From the NCBI GenBank assembly GCA_027351205.1, contig DAIEIW010000211.1, positions 1,205 through 65,204 on the forward strand: 64,000 nt of DNA, given 5' to 3'. The notes under the pieces are model-generated. The model searched no databases and was not told the origin of the DNA. It saw only the letters and a list, made by a program, of their open reading frames with translations. Source of the stretch: Acidithiobacillus sp. GTDB taxonomy: Bacteria; Pseudomonadota; Gammaproteobacteria; Acidithiobacillales; Acidithiobacillaceae. Positions within the stretch are counted from its first letter, which is position 1; each line of letters opens with the position of its first letter. Positions 19,902 to 29,563 of this stretch are shown here, piece by piece. The translations under genes and the position numbers were made by a program.

Positions 19902-20522
19902 ATGGCCACCCCCAGCAGCAAAAAAACCCTCATGACGCTCTACTCCAGCAACGATTGTGTCTTCGCGCACCGTGTGCGTTTCGTGCTGGAAGAGAAGGCT
20001 ATGGAATACCAGATCATCGACGTCGATCTCGGCAACCGGCCCGAAGACCTTGCGGAACTCAATCCCTACAACCAGGTGCCAACCTTGGTGGATCGCGATC
20101 TTGCCATTCACGAATCGGTCCTGATCATGGAGTACCTCGACGAGCGATTCCCCCATCCACCACTGATTCCGGTAGACCCCATATCCCGTGCCAAGGTGCG
20201 CCTGGGTCTCCTGCGTTTCGACCGTGACTGGTTTGCACCGCTCTTTCAGCCCGGCTACGCTGCCGAGCAGGCCAAAACCGCCAAGGAGCAGATTCGCAGC
20301 ACCCTCGCCGGCCTGAACAGCATCTTCAGCCAGCAGCGTTACCTCTTTGGTGATGACCTTTCGGTACTCGACTGTGCTATCGCCCCACTCCTGTGGCGCA
20401 TGCCGGTACTGGACATCTCCCTGCCTGCCGCAGCCCGTGCCACCCAGAATTATATGGATCGCATCTTCAGCATGGAGAGCTTCAAACGCAGCCTGACACC
20501 TGCCGAGAAGGCCATGCGCTGA
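19902..20522 (+). CDS. sspA: Stringent starvation protein A (GST fold)
   Basis: HRVRFVLEEK, ELNPYNQVPTLVDRDL, IMEYLDERFPHPPL, LAPLLWR-like, F..SLT.AE..MR C-terminus. Confidence 0.92.
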   Translation: MATPSSKKTLMTLYSSNDCVFAHRVRFVLEEKAMEYQIIDVDLGNRPEDLAELNPYNQVPTLVDRDLAIHESVLIMEYLDERFPHPPLIPVDPISRAKVRLGLLRFDRDWFAPLFQPGYAAEQAKTAKEQIRSTLAGLNSIFSQQRYLFGDDLSVLDCAIAPLLWRMPVLDISLPAAARATQNYMDRIFSMESFKRSLTPAEKAMR

Positions 20523-20523
20523 T

Positions 20524-22266
20524 ATGAACATCGATCTCGGCCATTTCCAGAGCCTGCCCGAGGGCCTCTTCGCACGCTGTGCCCGCGCTCCCCGCGGGAC
20601 CATCGCCCTGCAACGACAGGGCGACGTTTTTCAGCCGATGACCGCAGCGGCCTTCGCCGGACATGTACGGGCGCGGGCGCGAGGACTTCTGCACCTGGGG
20701 GTACGCCGGGGCGAGAGGGTCATTCTGATGGCCCCCAACTCCGTGGATTGGGCCATCATGGATTTTGCCATCCTCAGCGTTGGCGCCATTACCGTCCCTC
20801 TCTATCCGACATTCAGCCCGCGCGAGATTCACTTTGTACTGGGTGACAGCGGCGCCGGGTTGATGCTGCTGGAAGGCGTCGGGGAGTGGCAACGACTGGG
20901 GGGCGAGGGCGGCTGGGGCGTGGCCGATGACCGTATCCTGCTGCGCGATGCGACGGCCGCGCAGAACGCCGGCCTGCGCCATTGGGCGTCACTGGAGAAC
21001 GAGGGGGCAGCCGTACCGGATAGCGGGCTGGAAGAACATCTGGCGGCCTTGCAGCGCCAGCAAACCGCAACCATCGTCTACACTTCTGGGACGACGGGTT
21101 GGCCCAAGGGCGTTATGCTCAGTCACGGCAACATCCTCAGTAACATCGAAGGTTTTTTGCCGCTGGTACCGTTACATACTGGACAACGCCTGCTTTCCAT
21201 ACTGCCTCTGTCCCATGTCTTTGAACGCGGTACCGGGCATTTCGGCGCCTACCTGCTGGGCCTGGAAGTAGCCTACGCGGAACGCCCGGACACCGTCCTC
21301 CGCGACATGGCAACATCGCATCCGGACATAGTGGTCGCCGTGCCGCGCGTTTTTCAACTACTCTATGGCCGGGTACGACGAGGTATCGAAGACCGACCGG
21401 GCCTGCTCGGGCGTTTTCTGCGCCGGGGGGCAGGGCTCGATCCGCAGGGACGTCCGGCGATGCGCTGGCAACGTTCCCTTACCCGCCGCCTGCTGATCCG
21501 CAGTCTCCGCAGGAAACTGGGCGGGCGCCTGCGCTTCTTCGTCTCCGGCGGCGCGCCGCTGGACGCCGGGATCACCCGCTTCTTCATTGACCTGGGATTG
21601 CCCATTATTGAAGGGTACGGCATGACCGAAGCGAGTCCGGTGATCGCCGCCAATCCACTGGAAGCCATTCATCCGGGAACCGTGGGGCGGTTCCTGCCCA
21701 ATCTCGAGGGGCGTATGGCCGCAGATGGCGAAATCCTGGTGCGCGGCCCGTCCGTCATGCTGGGCTACTGGAACAACGAGAGCGCGACGCGCGAGGCGCT
21801 GGCAGACGGCTGGTTGCACACCGGCGACGTGGGCAGTCTGGACCCGGACGGTTACCTGCGGATCAGCGACCGCAAGAAAGACCTGATCGTCAACTCCGCC
21901 GGCGAGAATATCCCGCCGCAAAAAATCGAGATGCGGCTGATGGCGCAAGCGCTGATCGAACAGGCCGTCGTCTTCGGTGACCGAATGCCCTATCTTGTGG
22001 CGCTCATCTTTCCCAATCAGGAGGTTCTTAAAGCGCGTGTCGGTGACCACGCGGACGAAGCCGCCGCCCGCAAGGCCATCCTTAAGGCCATCGCGACCGC
22101 CCTCTCCGACCTGCCCTCCCATGAACAGGTGAAGCGTTTCGCTCTGCTGCCGGAAGCACTGAGTGAAACCAACGGCGAACTGACACCCACCCTCAAAGTG
22201 AAACGGCGCGTTGTCGCCGAGCATTACGCCGCTCTGCTGACGCAAATGGGCAGCGGCAAGGGCTGA
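20524..22266 (+). CDS. Long-chain acyl-CoA synthetase (AMP-binding, FadD/ACSL-like)
   Basis: YTSGTTGWPKG, EGYGMTE, GWLHTGDVG, DRKKD, LTPTLKVKR. Confidence 0.9.
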   Translation: MNIDLGHFQSLPEGLFARCARAPRGTIALQRQGDVFQPMTAAAFAGHVRARARGLLHLGVRRGERVILMAPNSVDWAIMDFAILSVGAITVPLYPTFSPREIHFVLGDSGAGLMLLEGVGEWQRLGGEGGWGVADDRILLRDATAAQNAGLRHWASLENEGAAVPDSGLEEHLAALQRQQTATIVYTSGTTGWPKGVMLSHGNILSNIEGFLPLVPLHTGQRLLSILPLSHVFERGTGHFGAYLLGLEVAYAERPDTVLRDMATSHPDIVVAVPRVFQLLYGRVRRGIEDRPGLLGRFLRRGAGLDPQGRPAMRWQRSLTRRLLIRSLRRKLGGRLRFFVSGGAPLDAGITRFFIDLGLPIIEGYGMTEASPVIAANPLEAIHPGTVGRFLPNLEGRMAADGEILVRGPSVMLGYWNNESATREALADGWLHTGDVGSLDPDGYLRISDRKKDLIVNSAGENIPPQKIEMRLMAQALIEQAVVFGDRMPYLVALIFPNQEVLKARVGDHADEAAARKAILKAIATALSDLPSHEQVKRFALLPEALSETNGELTPTLKVKRRVVAEHYAALLTQMGSGKG

Positions 22267-22271
22267 TCACC

Positions 22272-23642
22272 ATGCTCCTCGAACCACCTGCCGCGCTGAC
22301 ACCCGTTCTCACGGCCCTGCAGCGGGCCGGGGCAGAAGTCCTGGTGGTGGGCGGCACCCCGCGGGATGCCCTGCTGGGTATGGCCGCCCACGACTGGGAT
22401 CTGGAAATTCACGGGTTGAGCGAGGCACGCCTGGGCGAGTGTCTGATGCCTTTTGGCGCCCATCGGGTAGGCGGCCGCTGTGCAGTGTGGGTGGTAGCGG
22501 GTGCGGAGATTGCCCTGCCCCAGGCCCAGGGCGGGCGTATCGACCCCCACCTGCCCTGGGAGATCGCCGCGCAGCGGCGGGATTTTTCGGTCAACGCCCT
22601 GGTCTGGAACTGGCGGACGCAGCGTCTGCTGGATCACTTTGGCGGTGTGGACGACCTCCGCGCCCGGCGGCTGCGCGTGGTGTCGGCGGATAGTTTCGGC
22701 GAGGACCCCCTGCGCGTTTTCCGCGCCGCCCGACTGGCGGGGCAGCTCGGATTTTCCATTGAAGCCCGGACTGCCACCCTCTGCCGCCAACTGGCGCCCC
22801 GCCTGCAGCAAGTCCCCGGGGAACGTCTGCGCAAGGAGTGGGAGGCGCTGCTTCTGCGCGGCCAGCACTTGATCCGGGCATGGGATAGTCTCGCCCTTAC
22901 CGGAGCTGTCACCCGATTCCCCGAACTCCATGCCCTGCAGGCCGTACCCCAACGTCCCGATGCCCACCCGGAAGGCGACGTATGGATACATACGGGGCGA
23001 GTACTGGCTGCTGCCGGCCAACTACGCAGCGGCGACCGGTCGCGCGATATCATCCTCATGCTCAGCGCCCTGCTGCACGATCTCGGCAAAGCCAGCACCA
23101 CCCGGCGCGATCCTCAGGGTCGCTGGCGCGCCTTCGGGCATGAACGAGCACGCACCGGCGCCGAATCTTTTCTGGGCCGCTATTTTCCGGGCAGACACCT
23201 CAGCCGTCAGATACTGCCGGTCATTCGCTGGCACGGCGCCCCCTATGCACTTTACCGCGATGGCGCCGGGCGCGCCGCCTATGCCCACCTTGCGCTGCAG
23301 GTTCCTGACCTCTCCTTACTGCTGGATGTCGCCCTGGCGGACGCGCGCGGGGCAGGCAGGGAGCACCCACCGGCCATAGACACCGCCCGCAGGCTCTGGC
23401 AGGAGATGAATGCCTGGCCCCGTCTGCCGAAACCATTGCTGAAGGGGCCTGACCTGATGGCACTGGGACTCACCCCCGGACCGCAGTTGGGCAAGGCACT
23501 GGCCCTTGCCCACGAACTGCAGGTGGTGGGTGCTTGCCATGATCGCGAGCGCCTGATGGCGGAACTGCGCCGACGCCTGCCTGAACTCAGTCTCCGAGGC
23601 GACCGTGTTTATGGACTGCGGTCACGTTCCCCCAATGGCTGA
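22272..23642 (+). CDS. Class II tRNA nucleotidyltransferase with HD domain (flexible loop shortened; possibly CC-adding)
   Basis: GGTPRD..DWD (motif A), RRDFSVNA (B), FGGVDDL (C), EDPLRVFRAAR (D), ERLRKEW (E), and HD domain HPEGD..LLHDLGK. Confidence 0.88.
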   Translation: MLLEPPAALTPVLTALQRAGAEVLVVGGTPRDALLGMAAHDWDLEIHGLSEARLGECLMPFGAHRVGGRCAVWVVAGAEIALPQAQGGRIDPHLPWEIAAQRRDFSVNALVWNWRTQRLLDHFGGVDDLRARRLRVVSADSFGEDPLRVFRAARLAGQLGFSIEARTATLCRQLAPRLQQVPGERLRKEWEALLLRGQHLIRAWDSLALTGAVTRFPELHALQAVPQRPDAHPEGDVWIHTGRVLAAAGQLRSGDRSRDIILMLSALLHDLGKASTTRRDPQGRWRAFGHERARTGAESFLGRYFPGRHLSRQILPVIRWHGAPYALYRDGAGRAAYAHLALQVPDLSLLLDVALADARGAGREHPPAIDTARRLWQEMNAWPRLPKPLLKGPDLMALGLTPGPQLGKALALAHELQVVGACHDRERLMAELRRRLPELSLRGDRVYGLRSRSPNG

Positions 23643-23853
23643 CGTCCGGCACCTGCACTCCCACCCACCAGTACGGCGCAATACTGTCTTGCCCATGGCC
23701 ACCGACGAGGCTTTGCCCTGGAGCCAGATAGACGTGCTCCACCAGATGCCGCGCCTCCTCACGGCTCCGAAAAACGGACCAGGCGACCACCCGTTCCATC
23801 GGTGTCGTCGATGGCACTTCCCTTGATTCGTCGAGAAAACTATCGTTGATCAT
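23587..23853 (-). CDS. Small hypothetical protein (88 aa)
   Basis: AGGAG RBS 9 nt before the ATG; fills the space between cca and rnpB; no recognised motif. Confidence 0.6.
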   Translation of the reverse strand: MINDSFLDESREVPSTTPMERVVAWSVFRSREEARHLVEHVYLAPGQSLVGGHGQDSIAPYWWVGVQVPDVSHWGNVTAVHKHGRLGD

Positions 23854-23939
23854 GTCATTTCGCTCCTTTCCACAGACCCGCACTGAATAGCGTCCTGCCG
23901 CGACCTACACCCGCGCACCCCAGCATAGGGAGTATAGTG

Positions 23940-23968
23940 CGCGGAATCCGGCTCCGCGTTTTTCTTCT
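23940..23968 (+). terminator. Putative Rho-independent terminator upstream of the rnpB promoter
   Basis: CGCGGA-ATCCGGC-TCCGCG stem followed by TTTTTCTTCT. Confidence 0.55.
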
Positions 23969-23995
23969 GACAGGAGGATTCAAAACGCGTATGAT
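23967..23995 (+). promoter_or_regulatory. sigma70 promoter of rnpB
   Basis: CTGACA - 17 nt - TATGAT, then a GC-rich discriminator CCGCAGC, then the RNA 5' end at 24003. Confidence 0.75.
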
Positions 23996-24002
23996 CCGCA
24001 GC

Positions 24003-24344
24003 GGAGTGGGCCAGACGACCGCCGCGGAGCAATCCGGGGAGGAAAGTCCGGGCTCCACAGGGCAAGGCGCCGGCTAACGGCCGGGAGGCGTGAGCCTACG
24101 GAAAGTGCCACAGAAAATATACCGCCAAAGCGCGCAAGCGCCGGTAAGGGTGAAAAGGTGCGGTAAGAGCGCACCGCATTTCCGGCGACGGGAATGGCAG
24201 GGAAAACCCCGCCTGGAGCAAGACCAAATAGGCGTGCGATACCGTGGCCCGCGGTGCACGCGGGTAGGTTGCTGGAGCCTGCGCGTAAGTTCAGGCCTAG
24301 AGGAATGGTCGTCCACGACAGAACCCGGCTTATCGGCCCACTCC
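24003..24344 (+). ncRNA. rnpB: RNase P RNA, bacterial type A
   Basis: GAGGAAAGTCCGGGCTCC, GGAAAGTGCCACAGAAA, GGGTGAAA..GGTAAGAGC and ACAGAACCCGGCTTA; 5' GGAGTGGGCC pairs with 3' GGCCCACTCC (P1). Confidence 0.98.
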
Positions 24345-24585
24345 AATTTTTACCACATGCCGCGCGCCATCCCGACAGCGCCCGTAGCACCATTGAAAAC
24401 ACCAATTAAAATTAGCCTGATAGAGCGTGTGCCGCAAATGGCGCCCGCCCATTCTCCGCCTTGGGGAGTCCTTCCTGCAGTATATTTTGCACCATATAAT
24501 CCGATAATTGCGGAAACCCCTTCAAGTATTTTGTTTACTCTTTATAAACACGCTCTAACATGCCGTAATTATTCGCGTTTTTTCC

Positions 24586-24614
24586 TTGACAGCGGGCGGC
24601 CTTCCCTCTAACCT
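24586..24614 (+). promoter_or_regulatory. sigma70 promoter of the dcw cluster (Pmra)
   Basis: TTGACA - 17 nt - TAACCT. Confidence 0.7.
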
Positions 24615-24621
24615 TCAAGGT

Positions 24622-24646
24622 GTGGGGTAAAGTGGGTTGAAGTGGA
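24622..24646 (+). promoter_or_regulatory. MraZ-binding direct repeats
   Basis: GTGGG, GTGGG and GTGGA at exact 10-bp periodicity just downstream of the -10; matches the known MraZ operator architecture. Confidence 0.8.
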
Positions 24647-24670
24647 AGATTTTGGAGGAAGCGTACAGAC

Positions 24671-25126
24671 ATGTTTAGGGGAACCCATCGGCACAGTCTG
24701 GACAGCAAGGGACGCATGAATGTCCCGGCACGCTTCCGCGATTGGCTCAGCGCCCACTGTGACGGTCAACTGGTCGTCACCATTGACGCCCAGAGCCAAA
24801 AAGGAGAACGCTGCCTGGTAGCCTACCCCCTGCCCACCTGGGAAAAGGTGGAGCGCCGTATCGCCGAACTCCCCAGCAACAATCCTGCGGCCCGGCAGTT
24901 CCAGCGTCTTTTTGTAGGACAATCCGAAGAACTTCGTCTGGATGCCCAGGCCCGTATCCTGCTTTCTCCCAACCTGCGCAAATTTGCGGAACTCGACAAG
25001 GAACTGGTACTGGTCGGTCAGATCGACAAGTTTGAAATCTGGGATGCCGCGCGCTGGGACGCCTGCCAGGAAACCTGGCTGTCCGGTGCGGATGGTTTTG
25101 CCAGCCTGGGGGACCTGATCCTGTGA
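24671..25126 (+). CDS. mraZ: Division/cell wall cluster transcriptional repressor
   Basis: MFRG, LDSKGR, LDAQARI, GQIDKFEIWD. Confidence 0.97.
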   Translation: MFRGTHRHSLDSKGRMNVPARFRDWLSAHCDGQLVVTIDAQSQKGERCLVAYPLPTWEKVERRIAELPSNNPAARQFQRLFVGQSEELRLDAQARILLSPNLRKFAELDKELVLVGQIDKFEIWDAARWDACQETWLSGADGFASLGDLIL

Positions 25127-26091
25127 GGAGCGCAAATGAGCCGGATGCAACCCATGTTGCCGTTCTTCTGGCAGAAACCATCACCGCCCTGCGTCCAGCG
25201 CTCCGCCGTAATGGCGCCGCCGTGCGCTGCGTCGATGCCACCGGCGGTCGGGGAGGCCATAGTGCAGCGCTGCTGGCGGAACTTGGGGCGGCGGATACCC
25301 TACTCATTCTTGACCGCGACCCGAGCGCCATCGCCGCATTGCGCGCGCGCTTCGCGCAGGATTCCCGGGTATATATCCGCCAGGCACGCTTCAGCCAGTT
25401 GGCCGAAGTGCTTGCTGCGCTGGAGTGGGAGCGCGTGGACGCCATCCTCGCCGATCTCGGCGTGTCCTCTCCGCAACTGGATGAGGCAGCGCGCGGCTTC
25501 AGTTTCCTGCGCGATGGCCCCCTCGATATGCGTATGGACCCGGGAGCGGACAGGAGTGCGGCAGAGTGGCTGGCGACTGCGGCGGAAGCAGATATGACGC
25601 GGGTATTGCGCGAGTACGGCGAAGAACGTTTTGCTCGCCCCATCGCTCGCGCCATCCTGCGTGCCCGGGAACAGGCGCCCATTACCAGAACCCTGCAACT
25701 GGCGGAGCTGATCGCCCAGGTACTGCCCCGGCACGAAACCGGACAGCATCCGGCGACCCGCAGTTTTCAGGGCATTCGCATCTTCATCAACCGCGAACTG
25801 GAAGAACTGGAGGCCTTCCTGCCTCAGGCCATGAATGCGTTACGCGCCGGAGGCCGGCTGGCGGTCATCAGTTTTCACTCCCTGGAAGACCGTATGGTAA
25901 AACGTTTTTTCCGCGCGGACGATTATCGTATCAGTGCCGATATCCCTCTGCGCGCCAGCGATCTCCCGCCCCTGCCATGGCATCCGGCAGGTAAGGCGCT
26001 GCGTGCCGGCCCCCGGGAAACTCATGACAACCCCCGCTCCCGCTCCGCTGTACTGCGGGTTGCCGAAAGGAGTGAGCGTCATGCGGCGTAG
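25123..26091 (+). CDS. rsmH: 16S rRNA C1402 methyltransferase
   Basis: HVAVLL, DATGGRGGHS, DLGVSSPQLD, GPLDMRMD, FHSLEDR, NPRSRSA. Confidence 0.97.
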   Translation: MRSANEPDATHVAVLLAETITALRPALRRNGAAVRCVDATGGRGGHSAALLAELGAADTLLILDRDPSAIAALRARFAQDSRVYIRQARFSQLAEVLAALEWERVDAILADLGVSSPQLDEAARGFSFLRDGPLDMRMDPGADRSAAEWLATAAEADMTRVLREYGEERFARPIARAILRAREQAPITRTLQLAELIAQVLPRHETGQHPATRSFQGIRIFINRELEELEAFLPQAMNALRAGGRLAVISFHSLEDRMVKRFFRADDYRISADIPLRASDLPPLPWHPAGKALRAGPRETHDNPRSRSAVLRVAERSERHAA

Positions 26092-26344
26092 CACCATCAT
26101 TCTCGCCTTGCTGATTACCGCCTCGCTGTTCGGCATCGTCGCGGCAAGGCAAAATACCCGTAGCCAGTTCATTGCGTTACAGGAAGCCCAGGCTAGACAT
26201 TTTGCCCTGGACAACCGCTGGGGCCAGCTGGAGCTGGAACAGGCCACTCTCGCCTCCAATGCCCGCGTAGGCGATATTGCCCGCCAGAAGCTTGGGCTTT
26301 CTGCCCCCAAAAGCAATCAGATCATCATGGTCAGAACACGATGA
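26081..26344 (+). CDS. ftsL: Cell division protein FtsL
   Basis: One TM helix, coiled coil, LELEQATLA; position between rsmH and ftsI. ATG at 26081. Confidence 0.88.
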   Translation: MRRSTIILALLITASLFGIVAARQNTRSQFIALQEAQARHFALDNRWGQLELEQATLASNARVGDIARQKLGLSAPKSNQIIMVRTR

Positions 26345-28125
26345 CCCAGCCCGGCGCCCCGCTCCTCCCGCTTCCAACCGTCATGCTCCCCGCATGGCGG
26401 GCTACGGCGTTGTGGGTGACCGTCGCGCTGGGTCTGGCAGCGGTGATGGCGGAAGCCTGGCAGGCACAGGTGGAGCGCGGCCCATTTCTGCGCAGCCAGG
26501 GTGCCCAGCGTTATCTGCGACACTTTGCCCTGCCGGCGCAGCGCGGTGCTGTTCTGGATCGCTCCGGCAAAACACTGGCGCTATCCGTCCCGGTACAAAC
26601 CCTCTGGGTAGATCCCCGGTTGTTTAATGCCCAGCAGGCGCAGTGGCCACAGATTGCATCCGTTCTGGGGGTCAGCGCAGCCACCCTCGCCACCCGAATC
26701 CATGGCGGCGGCAGCCGGTTCGCCTTCCTCGCCCGGCAGATCGCTCCGGAACGTGCCGCTGCCATTCTCGCCCTGCACGTACCCGGCTTATATAGCTTCA
26801 ACGAAAATCGGCGTTACTATCCGTCCGGCAGCATCGCCGCGCCGTTGCTCGGCTTCACCAATGTGGACGGGCGCGGCATCGAAGGGTTGGAGCTGGCATA
26901 CAATCAGTGGCTGCGGGGGAAGGCGGGGGAAGAAACCGGGCTGCGCGACAATCTGGGGCATCCTTTGGCGATTCTGGGCACAGCCCGACCGGCACAGCCT
27001 GGTCAGACGCTGACCCTGAGTATCGACCGCGACATCCAATATGTAGCGTACACGGCTCTCGCCTCCGCCGTTCAGCGTTTTCAGGCACGCTCCGGGGCGG
27101 CTGTGCTCATGAATGTTCGCACGGGAGAAATCCTGGCCATGGCCAGCTATCCCTCGTTCAACCCCAATGATCGTGGGGACTTTCAGCCCAGCCTCTATAA
27201 CAACCGGGCCGTCGCCGACACGTTCGAACCCGGCTCGGTGATGAAGCCCTTCACCATCGCTGCTGCATTGGATGATGGCAGCATCCAGCCCGATTCCACG
27301 TTTGATGTGGACACCAACTGCTTCCGGGTGGCCCATTATTGTATTCAGGACGATGTCCGCCACGGCACTCTCGACCTCGCTCAGGTACTCAAGTATTCCA
27401 GCAACATAGGCGCAGCGAAGATTTCCCTGCGCACACCGCCCGCCGATCTCTACCAGATGCTGCGCAATGCCGGTTTCGGACAGGTGAGCGGGTTGGGCCT
27501 GCCTGGGGAGGCGGGCGGTACCGTTCCCGCCTGGCAGGGTTGGGATGTTGCGCGACGCGCGGCCATGGCTTATGGTTACGGCCTCTCGGTCACGCCTTTG
27601 CAACTCGCGGCGGCGTATGGCGCCATCGCCAACAACGGGGTCTATGTCCAGCCCACCCTGCTGCGCAATGCCGGCAATACCCCCTCGCACAGTCAGCAAG
27701 TCATGCCGGCCGCCACCGCAGCGCGTCTGCGCGACTGGCTCACGGGGGTGACCGGTCGGGGCGGCACCGGCTTTCTCGCCGCGATTCCCGGCTATTCGGT
27801 GGCCGGAAAAACGGGTACCTCCATCATGGCCAATGGCAAGGGCGGCTTTCATAAGCATCAGGTGAACACCACCTTTGTCGGCTTCGCTCCCGCTCGCAAT
27901 CCGCAATTTGTCATGGCGGTAGTGGTGCGTGGACCAACTCAGGGCTGGCGTTATGGTGGCGTGGTCGCCGCGCCGGTATTTCGGGTAACCATGGGCGCCG
28001 CCCTGCATCAAATGGGCGTACAGCCCGATGTCAGCGCCGAGGTCTGGAACGCCGCCGCAGGGAAACCCATGACGGCGCAACAGGAACGGCGCTGGGCCGA
28101 GGGGGCTGGTGATGCCGCACACTGA
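26341..28125 (+). CDS. ftsI: Penicillin-binding protein 3
   Basis: RG..LDR, RRYYP, GIEGLE, EPGSVMK (SxxK), SSN (SxN), KTG. Confidence 0.97.
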   Translation: MTQPGAPLLPLPTVMLPAWRATALWVTVALGLAAVMAEAWQAQVERGPFLRSQGAQRYLRHFALPAQRGAVLDRSGKTLALSVPVQTLWVDPRLFNAQQAQWPQIASVLGVSAATLATRIHGGGSRFAFLARQIAPERAAAILALHVPGLYSFNENRRYYPSGSIAAPLLGFTNVDGRGIEGLELAYNQWLRGKAGEETGLRDNLGHPLAILGTARPAQPGQTLTLSIDRDIQYVAYTALASAVQRFQARSGAAVLMNVRTGEILAMASYPSFNPNDRGDFQPSLYNNRAVADTFEPGSVMKPFTIAAALDDGSIQPDSTFDVDTNCFRVAHYCIQDDVRHGTLDLAQVLKYSSNIGAAKISLRTPPADLYQMLRNAGFGQVSGLGLPGEAGGTVPAWQGWDVARRAAMAYGYGLSVTPLQLAAAYGAIANNGVYVQPTLLRNAGNTPSHSQQVMPAATAARLRDWLTGVTGRGGTGFLAAIPGYSVAGKTGTSIMANGKGGFHKHQVNTTFVGFAPARNPQFVMAVVVRGPTQGWRYGGVVAAPVFRVTMGAALHQMGVQPDVSAEVWNAAAGKPMTAQQERRWAEGAGDAAH

Positions 28126-29563
28126 GACGCTTGCCAGCCTGTTGCCGGCCGCTCCTGCTGCCCTGGCGGGAATTGCCCTGCAGGGCATTGAAACCGATAC
28201 CCGTCGCCTGCGACCCGGCATGCTCTATGTCGGACTGAACACCCGTCATGGCGATGGACAGCAATTTTTGCAACAGGCGTGGGCGGCGGGTGCAGCTGCC
28301 GCCCTGTTGGAGAACAGTGACGAGGACGTGTATGGCGAGCAGGGTCATCCCGTCTGGCAAAGCCCGAAGGCACGAGCCCTGCTCGGTATGGCACTGCGCC
28401 GCTGGTACCGCTGGGACGAGGGTCAGGCGCCCGTCATCGTCGGCGTTACCGGCACCAACGGCAAGAGCAGCGTGACCCGCCTCATTGCCGAGCTTGCGCC
28501 GCAGCCAGCCATGATCATCGGCACCCTCGGCTATGGCCGCGTCGATGCACTGATCTCCCATGCCAATACCACACCGGACCCGGTCCCTTTGTGGCAGACC
28601 ATGGCCACCCTGCGCGATCAGGGCGCCAAGGTCATCGCCATAGAAGTCTCCTCTCATGCCCTCGCCCTGGAACGGGTGGCAGCAGTACCCTTCGCCGCCG
28701 CCGTATTCACCAATCTCAGTCGGGATCACCTCGATTTTCACGGGGATATGGTGCGCTACGGTGCCAGCAAAACCCGTCTCTTCCAGACGCCAGGCCTCCG
28801 CCTGGCCGTATTGAACGGTGACGATGCGTTCGCCGGGCAGATCGCTGCCGCCGTGGCGCCGGAAGTACGGCAACTGCGCTTTGGGGTGGCGAGTGGAGAC
28901 TACCGGGCGGTCGCGTTGCACCCCGGCGCTAGCGGTACCCTGCTCGACCTGCGGACCCCTGCGGGTTCGCGGCGCGTACGCAGCCCCCTGATCGGTAACA
29001 GCAATGTTCAGAATCTGCTGGCCGCGCTGGCGACCGCCGAAGGTATGGGCTGGCCGGTCAGCGACGCAGCCATTGCTGGACTCGACCTGCCGGAAGGTCG
29101 TTATCAGCGTCTAGCTCCGGTCCCCGGCAAGGCGCAGGTGATGATCGACTATGCCCACACCCCTGACGCGCTGCAGCGAGTGCTGACCGACCTGCGCGAA
29201 GTTGCCAAAGGCGCCGTGACCGTGGTCTTTGGCTGCGGCGGTGACCGGGATCGTGGCAAACGGCCGGAAATGGGGCGGGTGGCCGAACGCCTTGCCGACC
29301 ACGTCATTCTCACCGACGATAACCCGCGCAGCGAAGCGCCCGAGGCTATCGTCAACGACATCCTGGACGGTATGGAACGGCCCGGTCAGGCTATGGTGCT
29401 TCATGACCGCGCGGCGGCCATCCGGGAGGCCATCACTGCATCGCAGGCGGGGGATTGGGTGCTCATCGCCGGTAAGGGACACGAGCGCACCCAGGAGATC
29501 ATGGGACAGCGCCAACCCTTTCCGCAGGACCGCGACGTCGCCACGGAGGTACTGCGCGCATGA
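28109..29563 (+). CDS. murE: UDP-MurNAc-dipeptide:meso-DAP ligase
   Basis: GVTGTNGKSS, EVSSHAL, NLSRDHLDFH, DYAHTPD, DNPRSE, AGKGHE. Confidence 0.97.
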   Translation: MMPHTETLASLLPAAPAALAGIALQGIETDTRRLRPGMLYVGLNTRHGDGQQFLQQAWAAGAAAALLENSDEDVYGEQGHPVWQSPKARALLGMALRRWYRWDEGQAPVIVGVTGTNGKSSVTRLIAELAPQPAMIIGTLGYGRVDALISHANTTPDPVPLWQTMATLRDQGAKVIAIEVSSHALALERVAAVPFAAAVFTNLSRDHLDFHGDMVRYGASKTRLFQTPGLRLAVLNGDDAFAGQIAAAVAPEVRQLRFGVASGDYRAVALHPGASGTLLDLRTPAGSRRVRSPLIGNSNVQNLLAALATAEGMGWPVSDAAIAGLDLPEGRYQRLAPVPGKAQVMIDYAHTPDALQRVLTDLREVAKGAVTVVFGCGGDRDRGKRPEMGRVAERLADHVILTDDNPRSEAPEAIVNDILDGMERPGQAMVLHDRAAAIREAITASQAGDWVLIAGKGHERTQEIMGQRQPFPQDRDVATEVLRA

